Shown here piece by piece: positions 13,130 to 27,972 of a stretch of DNA of 64,000 bases. Position 1 is the stretch's first letter, and every line of letters begins with the position of its first letter. The position numbers and the translations under genes are program-made. The notes beneath the pieces were generated by a model. That model was not told where the DNA came from, searched no databases, and saw nothing but the letters and a program-made list of their open reading frames with translations. This stretch comes from Eledone cirrhosa (taxonomy: Eukaryota): assembly GCA_964016885.1 (NCBI GenBank), contig CAXHJY010000340.1:1-64000 (forward strand), given 5' to 3'.

Positions 13130-13472
13130 ATATATATAATATATATATATATATAATATATATATATATATATAATATATATATATATATAATATATATA
13201 TATGTATATAATATATATATATATATATAATATATGTATATATATATATAGTATATGTATATATATATAATATATATAATATATATATAATATATAATAT
13301 ATATATATAATATATATAATATATATATAATATATAGATATATATATATATATATATATAATATATATATAATATATATATATGTATATATAATATATGT
13401 ATATATATACAATATATGTATATATATATAATACATATATATAATATATCTATCTATATATATATATGTATA

Positions 13473-13510
<38 letters not shown>

Positions 13511-13555
13511 TATATATACAATTTATATATATATACAATTTAAATATATACATTA

Positions 13556-13598
<43 letters not shown>

Positions 13599-13611
13599 AT
13601 GTATTATATAT

Positions 13612-13659
<48 letters not shown>

Positions 13660-13747
13660 ATATATATTATATATATATATATTATATATATATATATTAT
13701 ATATATATATATTATATATATATATATAATATATATTTATATATTAT

Positions 13748-13779
<32 letters not shown>

Positions 13780-14021
13780 ATATATATATATATATTATAT
13801 ATATATATAATATATATATATATATAATATATATATATAATATATATATATTATATATATATATACATTATATATATAATATATATATATATATATACAT
13901 AATATATATATATATATTATACATGTAAAGTTATATTTAAAATTGTTGGGTTACAACTAGTAAATATTTATAACTGTATATATATAATTTATATTTATAT
14001 ATATAATATTTATATATATAA
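12843..14021. repeat. (TA)n array with a short family-B pLTR tail fragment (~13921-13976, -)
   Basis: TA array; 13921-13976 matches the reverse complement of 49891-49944. Confidence 0.85.
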
Positions 14022-17000
14022 TCTGCCGATGCTAATCCGTGTCCTCAGGGAGGACAAAACCGAAGAGAGGGATGAGGAGAAGGAGAGGGAAAAGGAAGAG
14101 GAAAAAGAAAAGGAGGAGAGGACAAGCACGAACCTAAAAGAAAATGATATACCCTCCGCCACAGGCAGGGAGGGCAGGCCGAGCAACCATCAAGCTAAGG
14201 GCAAAGTTGAAAATGAAATCACGTTCCGAAGGAGAACCAAGCGCAGAAGGACCAGTGGACAACTGTTCAAAGGAAGAACAGAAAGCACCGAGACACTGGG
14301 AGCAAAAAAACCCAAGTAATGTGCAATTTTTTCAAGAACGGGACATGCTGGCATGGAGAGACAGGGATGGGATGCAGATTCGCCCACCCTAGGTCTGAAA
14401 CGAACTATGCCCATCATACTCGCGCAACATGCCCCAGCCAAAGCCGAAATAAGCCGCTCCAAGAAGTATGCTGATGTCGCGCGTGCCGCACCAACAAGGA
14501 GAAGGCACGCACATGACGACGAGATACAGATGGCAGCAGCAGATCAGAAAAATGTTTAAGTGTTGGCAGAGAAGATTGCGGGACAGCTGACCTGGCTGCA
14601 TCGTCTCCAGAGCCAGGGTCATCCACACCAGCACTCGAGACCACCGCAGTTAAGGGACCCAGAGTGGCCGCCGCTGACACCAGACCAGGTGTCATACAGA
14701 CGGCCATTACTGGCACCCCAAAATTCACACCAGTGCTGCTGCTGAATGTCAGGGGCCTGGTGAAACTCAGCAACATGAGTAAAATTTCCTACCTGGGAGA
14801 CTTAGCCATAAGCAATCAAGCACTATGCATGGCACTAACCGAAACGCACCTGACAAGCAGTATAGCAGATGCAGAAATACATATACCGAAATATACTGTA
14901 TTTCGTTCGAACAGGAAGGAGAGAACTCATGGTGGGGTTGCTCTGTATATCCGTGAAGATGTCACACCAATTTTACTGTTGACACATTTAAACTCAGTCT
15001 GTGACACACTGATAATACATATGAAGCAACTACAGACAGTAATATGTGTCACATATCGGCCGGCCGATGCCCCCAGTCCTGATGGTAAATTTGAGGATAG
15101 CCTAAGTAGGATAGAAGAGGTTCTTGACAAACTGGACCAGGGTCTCAACATCCTACTGCTGGGAGACTTCAACCTACCAGAGGTCAAATGGCCTGAGGGC
15201 CACCTCCTCCCTGGAATGACGTCAATAGAACAGAGACAGACGGAATCCCTGCTGGCCCTCACACACAGGCTGTTCATGGAGTAAGCAATACTCCTCCCAA
15301 CAAGAGGCGAAAATGTCCTGGACCTCTGTTTTACAAACAACGAAGTGCTCATCCACAATGTAAATGTGACACCAACAATTCTCTCGGATCATAACTTAGT
15401 AGAGCTAATGATATGTGGTCCAAGAGAACTAACAGAGACAAAACCACCAAGAAGCTCCGGGACGCTATCCAACCTTAACTTCTACAAGGCTAACTGGAAA
15501 AAGATTAAGAGTGAAATCCGGAAGCAAACATGGAGTGAAAACACTGCCACACAAGACACTAACACACAATTTCAACACATCATGACAACGATACACACCA
15601 TGTGCGAAAAGTGTGTCCAGGAGAAAGAGGCGAACAGACACAAAAATCTTATTCCCAGAGATAGGAAAATCCTTATGAGACGTAGAACTAAACTCTCAAA
15701 CCAGTTGAAGAGTCAACAAAACAAAAACAAGAAGGAATCCTACTTGAAACGTGCACTAATTGACACCGAGATTGCACTCAAACTTTCACATGAGAATGAG
15801 AGGGCAAAGAAAGAGAACAGGGCCATAGAAAACATTAAAACAAACCCTAGGCCTTCTTTAAATTTGCAAAAGAAACTGCCTCAGTACACTGCAAGATTGG
15901 GCCACTCTTCCACACAGACGGTTCATTAACCGAAAATCCTCAAGAGATATGTGAAATACTGAACGAACAGTACAAAAGTGTCTTCACATGTCCACTGAGG
16001 CACATGCAAATAACGAAGCCAGAGGAGTTCTTTGATGCCACAACTCTACATCAAGAAATGGCAATCATCAACCACATAGACATAACGGAGGAGGATGTGG
16101 TGTACGCCATTGATGAAATTAGAACAGACTCGGCTGCTGGACCTGATGGATTCTCAGCAGTTCTCCTAAAAATATGTAAGCGGGCCTTAGCAACTCCACT
16201 GAAGATGCTCTTCAGAAGCTCCTTGACTAGCGGTGTACTACCCAGGGAGCTGAAAGAAGGCACAATATGCCCTATCCATAAAGGAGGTAGTAGAGCGGAG
16301 GCCAAGAACTATAGGCCAGTCTCCCTGACGTCGCATACCAGTAAGGTCATGGAGCGAGTCGTCAGAAAGAAACTAATCACTTTCCTCGAAGAAAATGACC
16401 GCCTGACTAGCACGCAACATGGCTTCCGCCCAGGAAGAAGCTGCCTTACACAGCTGCTACATCACTACAACTGGGTACTGAGACAACTACTAGACAGCTC
16501 ACATGTGGACGTGATATAATTTGACTTTGTGAAGGCCTTTGACAAGGTCGACCACGGAATGATATGTCACAAACTACACGGACTCGGAATAACTGGAAAA
16601 GTAGGTGAGTGGCTGCATGGCTTCCTAAGGGACAGAAGCCAGGCAGTCGCAGCAAATGGGGCCCTCTCGAGGGAAACACCGATAACAAGTGGGGTGCCCA
16701 AGGGGACAGTCCTGGGACCACTACTGTTTTTGGTGGCTCTCTCGGACATGCCCTCTGTGGTGCATGCAACAACATCCCTCACTAGCTATGCTGATGACAC
16801 TAAGGTAGCACAGGCAATCAAAAACCCGGCTGACGCTGCCCTTTTTCAGCAGGATCTGGATGCCATATACAGATGGGCGGAAGAAAACAACATGCAGTTT
16901 AATGCTGGCAAATTCCAAGCCCTACAATACAAACCTGCAAACACAAATATAGTGGAACACAGCTACACAGGACCAGGAGGGACCGATATCCCCGTGTCAA

Positions 17001-17775
17001 AATCGATACGAGACCTGGGCATAGACATGAGCGATGATGCATCTTTTTCTTCACACATCATGAAAGTGGCGACAACATGCAGATGATTCGCTGGCTGGAT
17101 CTTGAGGACTTTCCGGACAAGAGATCGAGACACCATGTTGACACTGTGGAGGACTTTTTTCCTAAGCCGCCTGGACTACTGCTCCAAGTTGTGGTCACCC
17201 CATAGTGTCAAACTAAGCACGGAGCTTGAGGCAATCCAGCGAAGCTACACCAAGAAGATTGCCAAGATGAGGGAGACAAGCTACTGGATATTTCAAAAGG
17301 AACTGAACCTCTACTCCTTGGAGCGAAGACGGGAGAGATACGCAGTGATCTACATGTGGAAAATCCTGGAGGGACTAGCACCAAACTTTGGCATTGGGAG
17401 CTGAAACCAACCGTCGAACAGGACGTCACTGTGTGGTGCCAAAGGTCCCGTCTTCCACATCTAGAATAAGGAGCAGGTATTGCAATAGCCTGGGATTCAA
17501 GGGCCCTCAACTCTTCAACAGGCTGCCGAGGCATCTGAGAGACTTGCATGGCGTGGAGGTGGTTGTCTTTAAGAAACATCTCGACACCTTGTTATCCAGG
17601 ATCCCGGATGAGCCCACAGCAAGACACGAGGGAAACCTAAGTGCAGCAGCAACAAACTCCCTCCTACACCAGTGGCCAACATATACAGGCTGGAGATAAA
17701 ATGTGTAGCAACAAGGGCGGTGCCCCAGCATGGCCTCAGCCGGATGGCTGAAACAGGTAAAAGAGTAAAAGAGTA
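14022..17775 (+). mobile_element. Decayed non-LTR retrotransposon (CR1-group LINE)
   Basis: ORF1 remnant with a CCCH finger, APE-RT ORF2 with several stops and frameshifts, 3' tandem tail (GTAAAAGA)n, inserted in (TA)n. Confidence 0.9.
14664..17699 (+). pseudogene. LINE ORF2: apurinic endonuclease + reverse transcriptase (disrupted)
   Basis: LNVRGL, LTETHL, GGVALY, YRP, GDFN, SDH (APE); AAGPDG, NYRPVSLTS, QHGF, KAFDKVDH, GVP.GTVLGPLLF, YADD, RDLG, LDYCS..WSP, LERRR (RT and C-terminus). Confidence 0.92.
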
Positions 17776-17825
17776 TATATAATATATATTATTTATATAT
17801 ATATATCTATATAATATATATATAT

Positions 17826-18190
17826 ATATTTATTAAAATAACAGATTAAAGTTTAAGTAAAGAATCGCTGCTTTCACCCTTAACGGGATCTTCTGAAACT
17901 AACAAAGTCAATCTGTAAACGCAGAACTGGATATTTCAAAAAAACGTTGCAACCGGAGGAAGACAGGAAGACCTCCGGTTGCAACGTTTTTTGAAATATC
18001 CATTTCTGCGTTTACAGATTGACTTTGTTAGTTTCAGAAGATCCCGTTAAAGGTGAAAGCAGCGATTCTTTGCTTAAACTTTAATCTGTTATTTTAATAA
18101 ATATTTGCTCTACGGTTCTTATATATTTGATATATATTTTCCTTATCGAGCCCTCTTTGGATTTTAGTCTTCAAATAAATTATTATTACT
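17826..18190 (+). mobile_element. Solo pLTR foldback (family D): palindrome 17826-18104 plus 3' tail
   Basis: Arms 17826-17959 / 17972-18104 with a 12-nt spacer. Family also at 19231-19565, 33220-33472, 62474-62766. Confidence 0.8.
18030..18080 (+). ncRNA. Hammerhead-like motif with U4A core (family D)
   Basis: AGTTT/AAACT stem I, core CAGAAGA, CCC-gttaa-(A/G)GG stem II, GAAA, AGCA/TGCT stem III. Copies at 17850-17900(-), 19512-19561, 33272-33322 (CAGATGA), 62698-62748. Confidence 0.6.
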
Positions 18191-18194
18191 ATTA

Positions 18195-18195
<1 letters not shown>

Positions 18196-18229
<34 letters not shown>

Positions 18230-18853
18230 ATATATAATATATATTTATATATAATATATATTTATAATATACATATATATATAATATATATATATATATA
18301 TAATATATATTTATAATATATATAATATATATTTATATATATAATATATAAAAATATATATAATATATATTATATATATATTTATATATATAATATATAT
18401 ATATATAATATATAATATATATATATAATATATATTTATAATATATATAATATATATTTATATATATAATATATATATATATATAATATATATTATATAT
18501 ATATATATATAATATATATATATATATATAATATATATATATAATATATATATATATATAATATATATTTATAATATATATATATAATATATATATATAT
18601 ATCATATATAATATATATTTATAATATATATAATATAAATTTATATATATAATATATATATATATAATATATATTATATATATATATATAATATATATAT
18701 ATATAATTTATATATATATATATATATTATATATATATAATATATATATATAATATATATTTATAATATATATATATATATATAATATATATATATATAT
18801 AATATATATTTATAATATATATATATATATAATATATATTTATAATATATATC

Positions 18854-18886
<33 letters not shown>

Positions 18887-18917
18887 TATATATATAATAT
18901 ATATTTATATATATAAT

Positions 18918-18949
<32 letters not shown>

Positions 18950-19695
18950 ATATATATATATATATAATATATATTTATATATATCATATATATATATATA
19001 TATAATATATATATATAATATATATTTATATATATCATATATATATATATATAATATATATATATATAATATATATTTATATATATAATATATGTATATA
19101 TAATATATATATATTATATATATATATAATATATATATATATATATAATATATATATTTAATATATATATATATATATATATAATATATATATATATATA
19201 TAATATATATATATAATATATATAATAGTAATAATAATAAAATTGAAGACTAAAATCCAGAGAGGGCTCGATAAGGAAAATATATATCAAATATATAAGA
19301 ACCGAAGAGCAAATATTTATACCATACCATAAACGTGGTTCTGTCATTGCACGTAATTGTCTTTCACCGCTCCTATTAATGACGTATTATTCGTTTTTTC
19401 CCGTTCTTTGCCAGCGAACGTCACCATGAACCAAAGTATCGTCTTCCTGTCTTCCTCCGGTTGCAACGTTTTTTGAAATATCCAGTTCTGCGTTTACAGA
19501 TTGACTTTGTTAGTTTCAGAAGATCCCGTTAAGGGTGAAAGCAGCGGTTCTTTGCTTAAACATTAATATATATAATATATATATATATAATATATATATA
19601 TATAATATATATATATAATATATATAATATATATATATAATATATATAATATATATAATATATATATATAATATATATAATATATATATATATAT

Positions 19696-19726
<31 letters not shown>

Positions 19727-19752
19727 ATATATATATATAATATATATAATAT

Positions 19753-19784
<32 letters not shown>

Positions 19785-20110
19785 ATATATATATATATAT
19801 ATAATATATATGTATATATATAATATATATATATATATATAATATATATATATATATAATATATATATATATAATATATATATGTAATATATATAATATA
19901 TATATATAATATATATATATATATAATATATATATATAATATATAATATATATAATATATATATATAATATATATAATATATATAATATATATATATATA
20001 TATATAAGTATATATATAAGTATATATATATATAAGTATATATATATATATATATATCTTTATATATATATATATATGTATATATATTTATATATATATA
20101 AATATATCAT
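18196..20110. repeat. (TA)n arrays interrupted by a family-D pLTR insertion (19231-19565)
   Basis: Direct reading of the sequence. Confidence 0.9.
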
Positions 20111-20254
20111 AAATCACAACAAACACTATATTTTTTGTTGAATCGCCAGTCTGAGGAGCTGATATAAATCAGAGCCGGGACCATAAATACTTCTGGCTTG
20201 AACCCGCTCCAAACTTTGGTGTCCTGAAGAACCTTCGATATATATATATATATT

Positions 20255-20328
<74 letters not shown>

Positions 20329-20639
20329 TTTATCCCCTGTTCAATCGGGTATAACCACAGTAAGTAAGGTACTCAATACATAGCAGAGTATAAATATTTA
20401 ATATAGAAATGGCTTCCTGATGATTTCTCCCGAATGAAACAGTTCTAGTCTTGTAGAAGCCATTTCTATATTAAATATATATTGTGTGTGCGTGTGTGTG
20501 TGTGTGTGTGTCTGTGTGAATGTGTGTGTGTATGTGTCTGTGTGTGCGCGCACGCAAGTGTGTAAATGTGTATATGCCAAACGTAACATGTTAACTAAGC
20601 TCATGGAAGATTACATTGATTTGCTACACGTTGTGAAGG

Positions 20640-21425
20640 GCTGATGTAGTGGTGAGTGTGTATGTGTGTGAGTGTGAGTGTGAGTGTGAGTGTGTGTGTG
20701 TGTGTGATGGGTTTATTGTGCCATGTGGTGCGGTAATATAGATAGGGGATGTGCTGCGTGGGTGATGGTGGTGGCCATGGTGGTATTGTGGGTGTGTGAA
20801 TGTATGTGGATGTGTGTGTTTGTGTCTGTGTGTATGTGTGTATGATGGTATTATGGTGCCATGTGGTGTGGTATTGAGAGAGTGGATGTGCTGCTGGGGA
20901 AGATGGTGGTGGCGTTGGTGGTATTGTGGGTGTGTGAGTGTATGTGGATGTGTGTGTGTGTCAATGTGTTTGTATATATGTGTGTGTATGTGTATGTGAG
21001 TTTGATGTATGATGGTATTATGGTCGCATGTGGTGTGGTATTGTGGGTATGTGAATGCATGTGGATGTGTGTTTGTGTCAGTGTGTTTGTGTATATGTGT
21101 GTGTATGTGTGTATGATGGTATTATGGTGCCATGTGGTGTGGATGTGTGTGTGTCAGAGTGTTTGTGTATATGTATGTGTATGATGATATTATGGTGCCA
21201 TGTGGTGCGATGTGGTATTGTGGGTGTGTGAGTGTATGTGGATGTGTGTGTGTGTGTCAGTGTGTTTGTGTATATGTGTGTGTATGTGTATGTGTATGAT
21301 GGTATTATGGTGCCATGTGGTGTGGTATTGTGGGTGTGTGAGTGTATGTGGATGTGTGTGTGTGTCAGTGTGTTTGTGTATATGTGTGTGTATGTGTGGT
21401 GTAGTGTGGTATTGTGGGTGGTGTT
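20640..21425. repeat. GT-rich degenerate tandem repeat (~120-bp units)
   Basis: Recurring TATGATGGTATTATGGTGCCATGTGGTGTGG plus (TG)n. Confidence 0.8.
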
Positions 21426-22225
21426 CCTATTGTTAAACATTTGAATGGAGGGAAAGAAATACATTTAAAACAAAAGAAAGAATGAGTGACGGGAAAAAAA
21501 AGAAAGAATGCATGATAGAAAAAAAAGAAAGAACGAGAGTAACAACGCAAGACAGAACGACAGAAAGAAAAAGAAAGCAAGATAGAAAGAAATAGAAAAG
21601 GAAAGACAAGTAAAGGAGAGAAAGAAAGATAGATAGATAGATATGTTTCTTTATTAGCCACAAGGGCACAAAAGAAGGGGACAAATACAAAGGGGGAAGT
21701 TTACGTACATTAAAAACGTGTAAAACGTTATCACAAATGCTAGATAGATAGATAGATAGATAGATAGAAAGGAAAAAGAAAGCGAGAAAGAATAGAAAGA
21801 GAGAAAGAGAGAAAGAAAGAGAGAAAGAAAAAGAGAAAGGGTGGAAGAAAGAAGGAAGGAAAAAAGAGGGAAAGAAAGAAGGAAAGAAAGAAAGAGAAAG
21901 AAGGAAAGCCCGATGACACATGACCGAAATGAAAAGAAAAGGGGAAGAAAGGGGAAGGGGAGATAATAAGGGTGAAGGAGGGGGTAGCATGGGGAATGAT
22001 GGGGAAGAAAGGGGAAAGAAGGGGAAGGAGGGGGAATAAGGGGGAAGAAGGAGGAAGGAGAGGGTCTTGAATGGAATGTTGCTGGTTATGATGTAATATA
22101 GAAATAGGAATAGATAGACCAGTGAAGAGTGACGCGGAGGGGAGGAAATGGAAGAATGTCAGAGAAAGGAGGAGATGGAGGAGGAGGAGGAGGAGGAGAA
22201 GTCGAATAATAATAATAATAATAAT

Positions 22226-22378
22226 AATTGTTTCTACTTTTGGCACAGGGCCAGCAATTATAACAGTGCATTACTGGTACTTCATTTTATCGACCCCGGC
22301 GGGATTTGAACTCAGATCGTTAAGGGACGTAACACTATGCTGGAAAGCATGGCCTCCGACCCTCTACCGATACTGCCA
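22226..22378 (-). mobile_element. tRNA-derived SINE, internally deleted
   Basis: Family match; lacks part of the core; (ATT)n tail. Confidence 0.85.
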
Positions 22379-22509
22379 CAAGAAGAAGAAGAAGAAGGGG
22401 GAGAGGTAGGGGAGATGTATAGAAGGGAGGGGTAGATACAGAACGTAGAAGGAAACATGAAGAGTTGGAGGGGGTAGCAAAATTAATAAAAGATAGATGT
22501 GGAAAAGAT

Positions 22510-23935
22510 GGGTGGTGTTGGGGTGGTGGTGGTGGTGGTGTGGTGGTGGTGGTGTGGTGGTGGTGGTGGTGTTGGTGGTGGTTGTGGTATTGGTGGTGTT
22601 GGTGGTGGTTGTGGTGTTGGTGGTGGTGTGGTGGTGTGGTGGTGGTGGTGGTGTGGTGGTGGTGGTGGTGTGGTGGTGGTGGTGTGGTGGTGGTGGTGGT
22701 GTTGGTGGTGGTTGTGGTATTGGTGGTGTTGGTGGTGGTTGTGGTGTTGGTGGTGGTGTGGTGGTGTGGTGGTGGTGGTGGTGGTGTGGTGGTGGTGGTG
22801 TGGTGGTGGTGGTGGTGTTGGTGGTGGTTGTGGTATTGGTGGTGTTGGTGGTGGTTGTGGTGTTGGTGGTGGTGTGGTGGTGTGGTGGTGGTGGTGGTGT
22901 GGTGGTGGTGGTGGTGTGGTGGTGGTGGTGTGGTGGTGGTGGTGGTGTTGGTGGTGGTTGTGGTATTGGTGGTGTTGGTGGTGGTTGTGGTGTTGGTGGT
23001 GGTGTGGTGGTGTGGTGGTGGAGGTGGTGGTGGTGTGGTGGTGGTGGTGGTGGTGTTGGTGGTGTTGGTGGTGGTTGTGGTGTTGGTGGTGTTGGTGTGG
23101 TGGTGGTGGTGTTGGTGGTGGTGGTGGTGGTGGTGGTGTGGTGGTGGTGGTGTTGGTGTGGTGTGGTGGTGGTGGTGGTGTTGGTGTGGTGGTGGTGGTG
23201 TTGGTGTGGTGTGGTGGTGGTGGTGGTGTTGGTGTGGTGGTGGTGTGGGGTGGGGGGTGGGGGTGATCTTGCTGTGGTGGTGGTGTGGTGGTGGTGGTGT
23301 GGTTGTGGTGGTGGGATGGTGTGGTGGTGTAGTGGTGGTGGTAGTGTTGGTGGTGTAGTGGTGTTGTTGTTGCTGGTGGTGGTGATGGTGTTGGTGGTAA
23401 TGGTGGTGTTGGTGGTGGTAGAGGTGGTGGAAGTGGTGGTGGTGTCGGTGGTAGCGATAGTGGTGGTTGTGGTGTAGTGTTGGGAGTGGTGGCGGTGGTG
23501 GTGGTAGAAGTGGTGGGGTTTTCAGATGTGGTGGTGGTGGTGGTGTGGTGGTGGTGGTGGTGTTGTGGTGGTGATGGTGGCGTCGGTGGTAGCGGTGGCG
23601 GTGCAATGTTAGGAGATGAGGTGGTGGTGTTTGTGGTGGTGGTGGTGGTGGTGATGGTGGTAGTAGTGGAAGTGGTGGTGGTGGGAGTGGTAATGGTGGG
23701 AGTGGTGCTGATGGTGGTGGTAGTGGTAGTGGTGGGAGTAGTGGTGGTGGGATTGACGGTGGCGTGGCGACGGTGGTGGTTTTGCAAGGAATGGTAGTGG
23801 TGGTGGTGGTTGTGGTGGTGGTGGTGGTAGTAGTACCAGTGGTGGTGGTGGTAGCGGTGCTGGTGGAAGTTGTGGAAGTGGTGGTGGTAGGAGTCGTGGT
23901 GGGAAAGGTGGTGTTAGTGGGATCGGTGGTGGTAG
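22510..23935. repeat. (GGT)n-derived G-rich low-complexity array
   Basis: GGT/GGTGT units with ~120-130-bp sub-repeats. Confidence 0.9.
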
Positions 23936-24169
23936 AGTAAAGGGCTTGAAACAAAGGAAGAAGAAAGGAAGACTATATATGAGTGGGGTGGGAAGAGGGG
24001 TGGACTGAGTGGGATGGGAGGGGAGAGACAATGAAAACAGCCAGAAGAATCCGAAGTGAGATTTAATGATAGAATAACAACGAGTATTTTGTGGGTGAAG
24101 GTGATAGGAGGTAAAATGGCGGCTAGAATAAATACAATCTCGTTCAAATGATGGATTCTCTGGACAGTG

Positions 24170-27100
24170 AACACAGCACCATCTAGACACTAGTACAATC
24201 ACAGTACCATCTAGACAGTAATACAACCACAGTACCATCTAGACACTAGTACAACCACAGTACAATCTAAACACTAGTACAACCACAGCGCCATCTAGAC
24301 ACTAATACAACCGCAGTACAATCTAGACACTAATACAATCACAGTACCATCTAGACACTAATACAACCACAGTACCATCTAGACACTAGTACAACCACAG
24401 TACCATATAGACACTAGTACAACCACAGTACCATCTAGACACTAGTACAACCACAGTAACATCTAGACACTAATACAACCACAGTACCATCTAGACACTA
24501 ATACAACCACAGTGCCATCTAAACACTAGTACAAACACAGTACCATCTAGACACTAGTACAACCACAGTAACATCTAGACACTAGTACAACCACAGTACC
24601 ATCTAGACACTTGTACGACCACAGTACCATCTAGACACTAGTACAACCACAGTAACATCTAGACACTAGTACAACAACAGAACCATGTAGAGACTAATAC
24701 AACCACAGTACTATCTAGACACTTGTACGACCACAGTACCATCTAGACACTAGTACAACTACAGTACCATCTAGACACTAATACAACAACATTGCCATCT
24801 AGACACTAATACAACCACAGTACCATCTAGACACTAGTACAACCACAGTAACATCTAGACACTAGTACAACAACAGAACCATCTAGACACTAGTAAAACC
24901 ACAGTACCATCTAGACACTAATACAACCACAGTACCATCTAGACACTAGTAAAACCACAGTACCATCTAGACACTAGTACAACCACAGTACCATCTGGAC
25001 ACTAATACAACCACAGTACCATCTAGACACTAATACAACCACTGTACCATCTAGACACTAGTAAAACCACAGTACCATCTAGACACTAGTACTACCACAG
25101 TACCATCTAGACACTAATACAACCACAGTACCATCTAGACACTAGTACAACCACAGTACCCTCTAGAGACTAATACAACCATAGTACCATCTAGATACTA
25201 ATACAACCACAGCACCATGTAGACACTAATACAAACACAGTACCATCTAGACACTAGTACAATCACAGTACCATCTAGACACTAGTACAACCACAGTACC
25301 ATCTAGACACAAGTACAACCACAGTACCATCTAGACACTAATACAACCACAGTACCATCTAGACACTAGTACAACCAGAGTAACCTCTAGAGACTAATAC
25401 AACCACAGTACCATCTAGATACTAATACAACCACAGCACCATATAGACACTAATACAACCACAGTACCATCTAGACACTAGTACAACCACAGTACCATCT
25501 AGACACTAATACAAACACAGTACCATCTAGACACTAATACAACCACAGTACCATCTAGACACTAGTACAACCACAGTACCCTCTAGAGACTAATACAACC
25601 ACAGTACCATCTAGATACTAATACAATCACAGCACCATATAGACACTAATACAACCACAGTACCATCTAGACACTAGTACAACCACAGTACCATCTAGAC
25701 ACTAATACAAACACAGTACCATCTAGACACTAGTACAATCACAGTACCATCTTGACACTAGTACAACCACAGTACCATCTAGAGACTAATACAACCACAG
25801 TACCATCTAGACACTAGTACAACCACAGTACCATCAAGACACTAATACAACCACAGTAACATCTACACACTAGTACAACCACTGTACCATCTAGACACTA
25901 GTACAACCACAGTACCATCTAGACACTAATACAACCACAGTACCATCTAGACACTAGTACAACCACAGTACAATCAAGACACTAATACAACCACAGTACC
26001 ATCTAGACACTAGTACAACCACAGTACAATCAAGACACTAATACAACCACAGTACCATATAGACACTAATACAACCACAGTACCATCTAGACACTAGTAC
26101 AACCACAGTACCATCTAGACACTAATACAACCACATTGCCATCTAGACACTAGTACAACCACAGTACCATCTAGACACTTATACAACCACAGTACCATCT
26201 AGACACTAGTACAACCACAGTACCATCTATACACTAATACAACCACAGTACCATCTAGACACTCGTACAACCACTGTACCATCTAGACACTAATACAACC
26301 ACAGTACCATCTAGACACTAGTACAACCACAGTACCATCTATACACTAATACAACCACAGTACCATCTAGACACTAGTACAACCACAGTACCATCTAGAT
26401 ACTAATACAACCACAGCACCATGTAGACACTAATACAAACACAGTACCATCTAGACACTAGTACAATCACAGTACCATCTAGACACTAGTACAACCACAG
26501 TACCATCTAGACACAAGTACAACCACAGTACCATCTAGACACTAATACAACCACAGTACCATCTAGACACTAGTACAACCAGAGTAACCTCTAGAGACTA
26601 ATACAACCACAGTACCATCTAGATACTAATACAACCACAGCACCATATAGACACTAATACAACCACAGTACCATCTAGACACTAGTACAACCACAGTACC
26701 ATCTAGACACTAATACAAACACAGTACCATCTAGACACTAATACAACCACAGTACCATCTAGACACTAGTACAACCACAGTACCCTCTAGAGACTAATAC
26801 AACCACAGTACCATCTAGATACTAATACAACCACAGCACCATATAGACACTAATACAACCACAGTACCATCTAGACACTAGTACGACCACAGTACCATCT
26901 AGACACTAATACAAACACAGTACCATCTAGACACTAGTACAATCACAGTACCATCTTGACACTAGTACAACCACAGTACCATCTAGAGACTAATACAACC
27001 ACAGTACCATCTAGACACTAGTACAACCACAGTACCATCAAGACACTAATACAACCACAGTAACATCTACACACTAGTACAACCACTGTACCATCTAGAC

Positions 27101-27972
27101 ACTAGTACAACCACAGTACCATCTAGACACTAATACAACCACAGTACCATCTAGACACTAGTACAACCACAGTACAATCAAGACACTAATACAACCACAG
27201 TACCATCTAGACACTAGTACAACCACAGTACAATCAAGACACTAATACAACCACAGTACCATCTAGGCACTAGTACAACCATTGTACCATCTAGACACTA
27301 GTACAACCACAGTACCATATAGACACTAATACAACCACAGTACCATCTAGACACTAGTACAACCACAGTACCATCTAGACACTAATACAACCACATTGCC
27401 ATCTAGACACTAGTACAACCACAGTACCATCTAGACACTTATACAACCACAGTACCATCTAGACACTAGTACAACCACAGTACCATCTATACACTAATAC
27501 AACCACAGTACCATCTACACACTAGTACAACCACAGTACCATCTATACACTAATACAACCACAGTACCATCTAGACACTAGTACAACCACTGTACCATCT
27601 AGACACTAATACAACCACAGTACCATCTAGACACTAGTACAACCACAGTACCATCTATACACTAATACAACCACAGTACCATCTAGACACTAGTACAACC
27701 ACAGTACCATCTAGACACTAATACAACCACAGTACCATCTAGACACTAGTACAACCACAGTACCATCTATACACTAATACAACCACAGTACCATCTAGAT
27801 ACTAGTACAACCACTGTACCATCTAGACACTAGTACAACCACAGTACCATCTAGACACTAATACAACCACAGTACCATCTAGACACTAGTACAACCACTG
27901 TACCATCTAGACACTAGTACAACCACTGTACCATCTAGAAACTAATACAACCGCAGTACAATCTTGACACAA
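24170..27972. repeat. 28-bp tandem satellite, ~135 copies
   Basis: Consensus ACAACCACAGTACCATCTAGACACTA(G/A)T, period 28 (24363, 24391, 24419). Confidence 0.97.

Noticed and set aside
17084-17404. In-frame TGA codons in LINE ORF2 as possible selenocysteine
   Set aside because: The second copy has CGA (Arg) and TGG (Trp) at these sites; ordinary decay, accompanied by frameshifts and TAA stops.
20145-20197. CTGAGGA followed by a hairpin, flanked by GCCAG/CTGGC
   Set aside because: No GAAA strand; at best a dead hammerhead.
22335-23954. His/Pro/Thr-rich ORFs
   Set aside because: (GGT)n slippage array that changes frame repeatedly.
24170-27972. CRISPR-like 28-bp repeats
   Set aside because: Head-to-tail monomers with no unique spacers, eukaryotic context, no cas genes.
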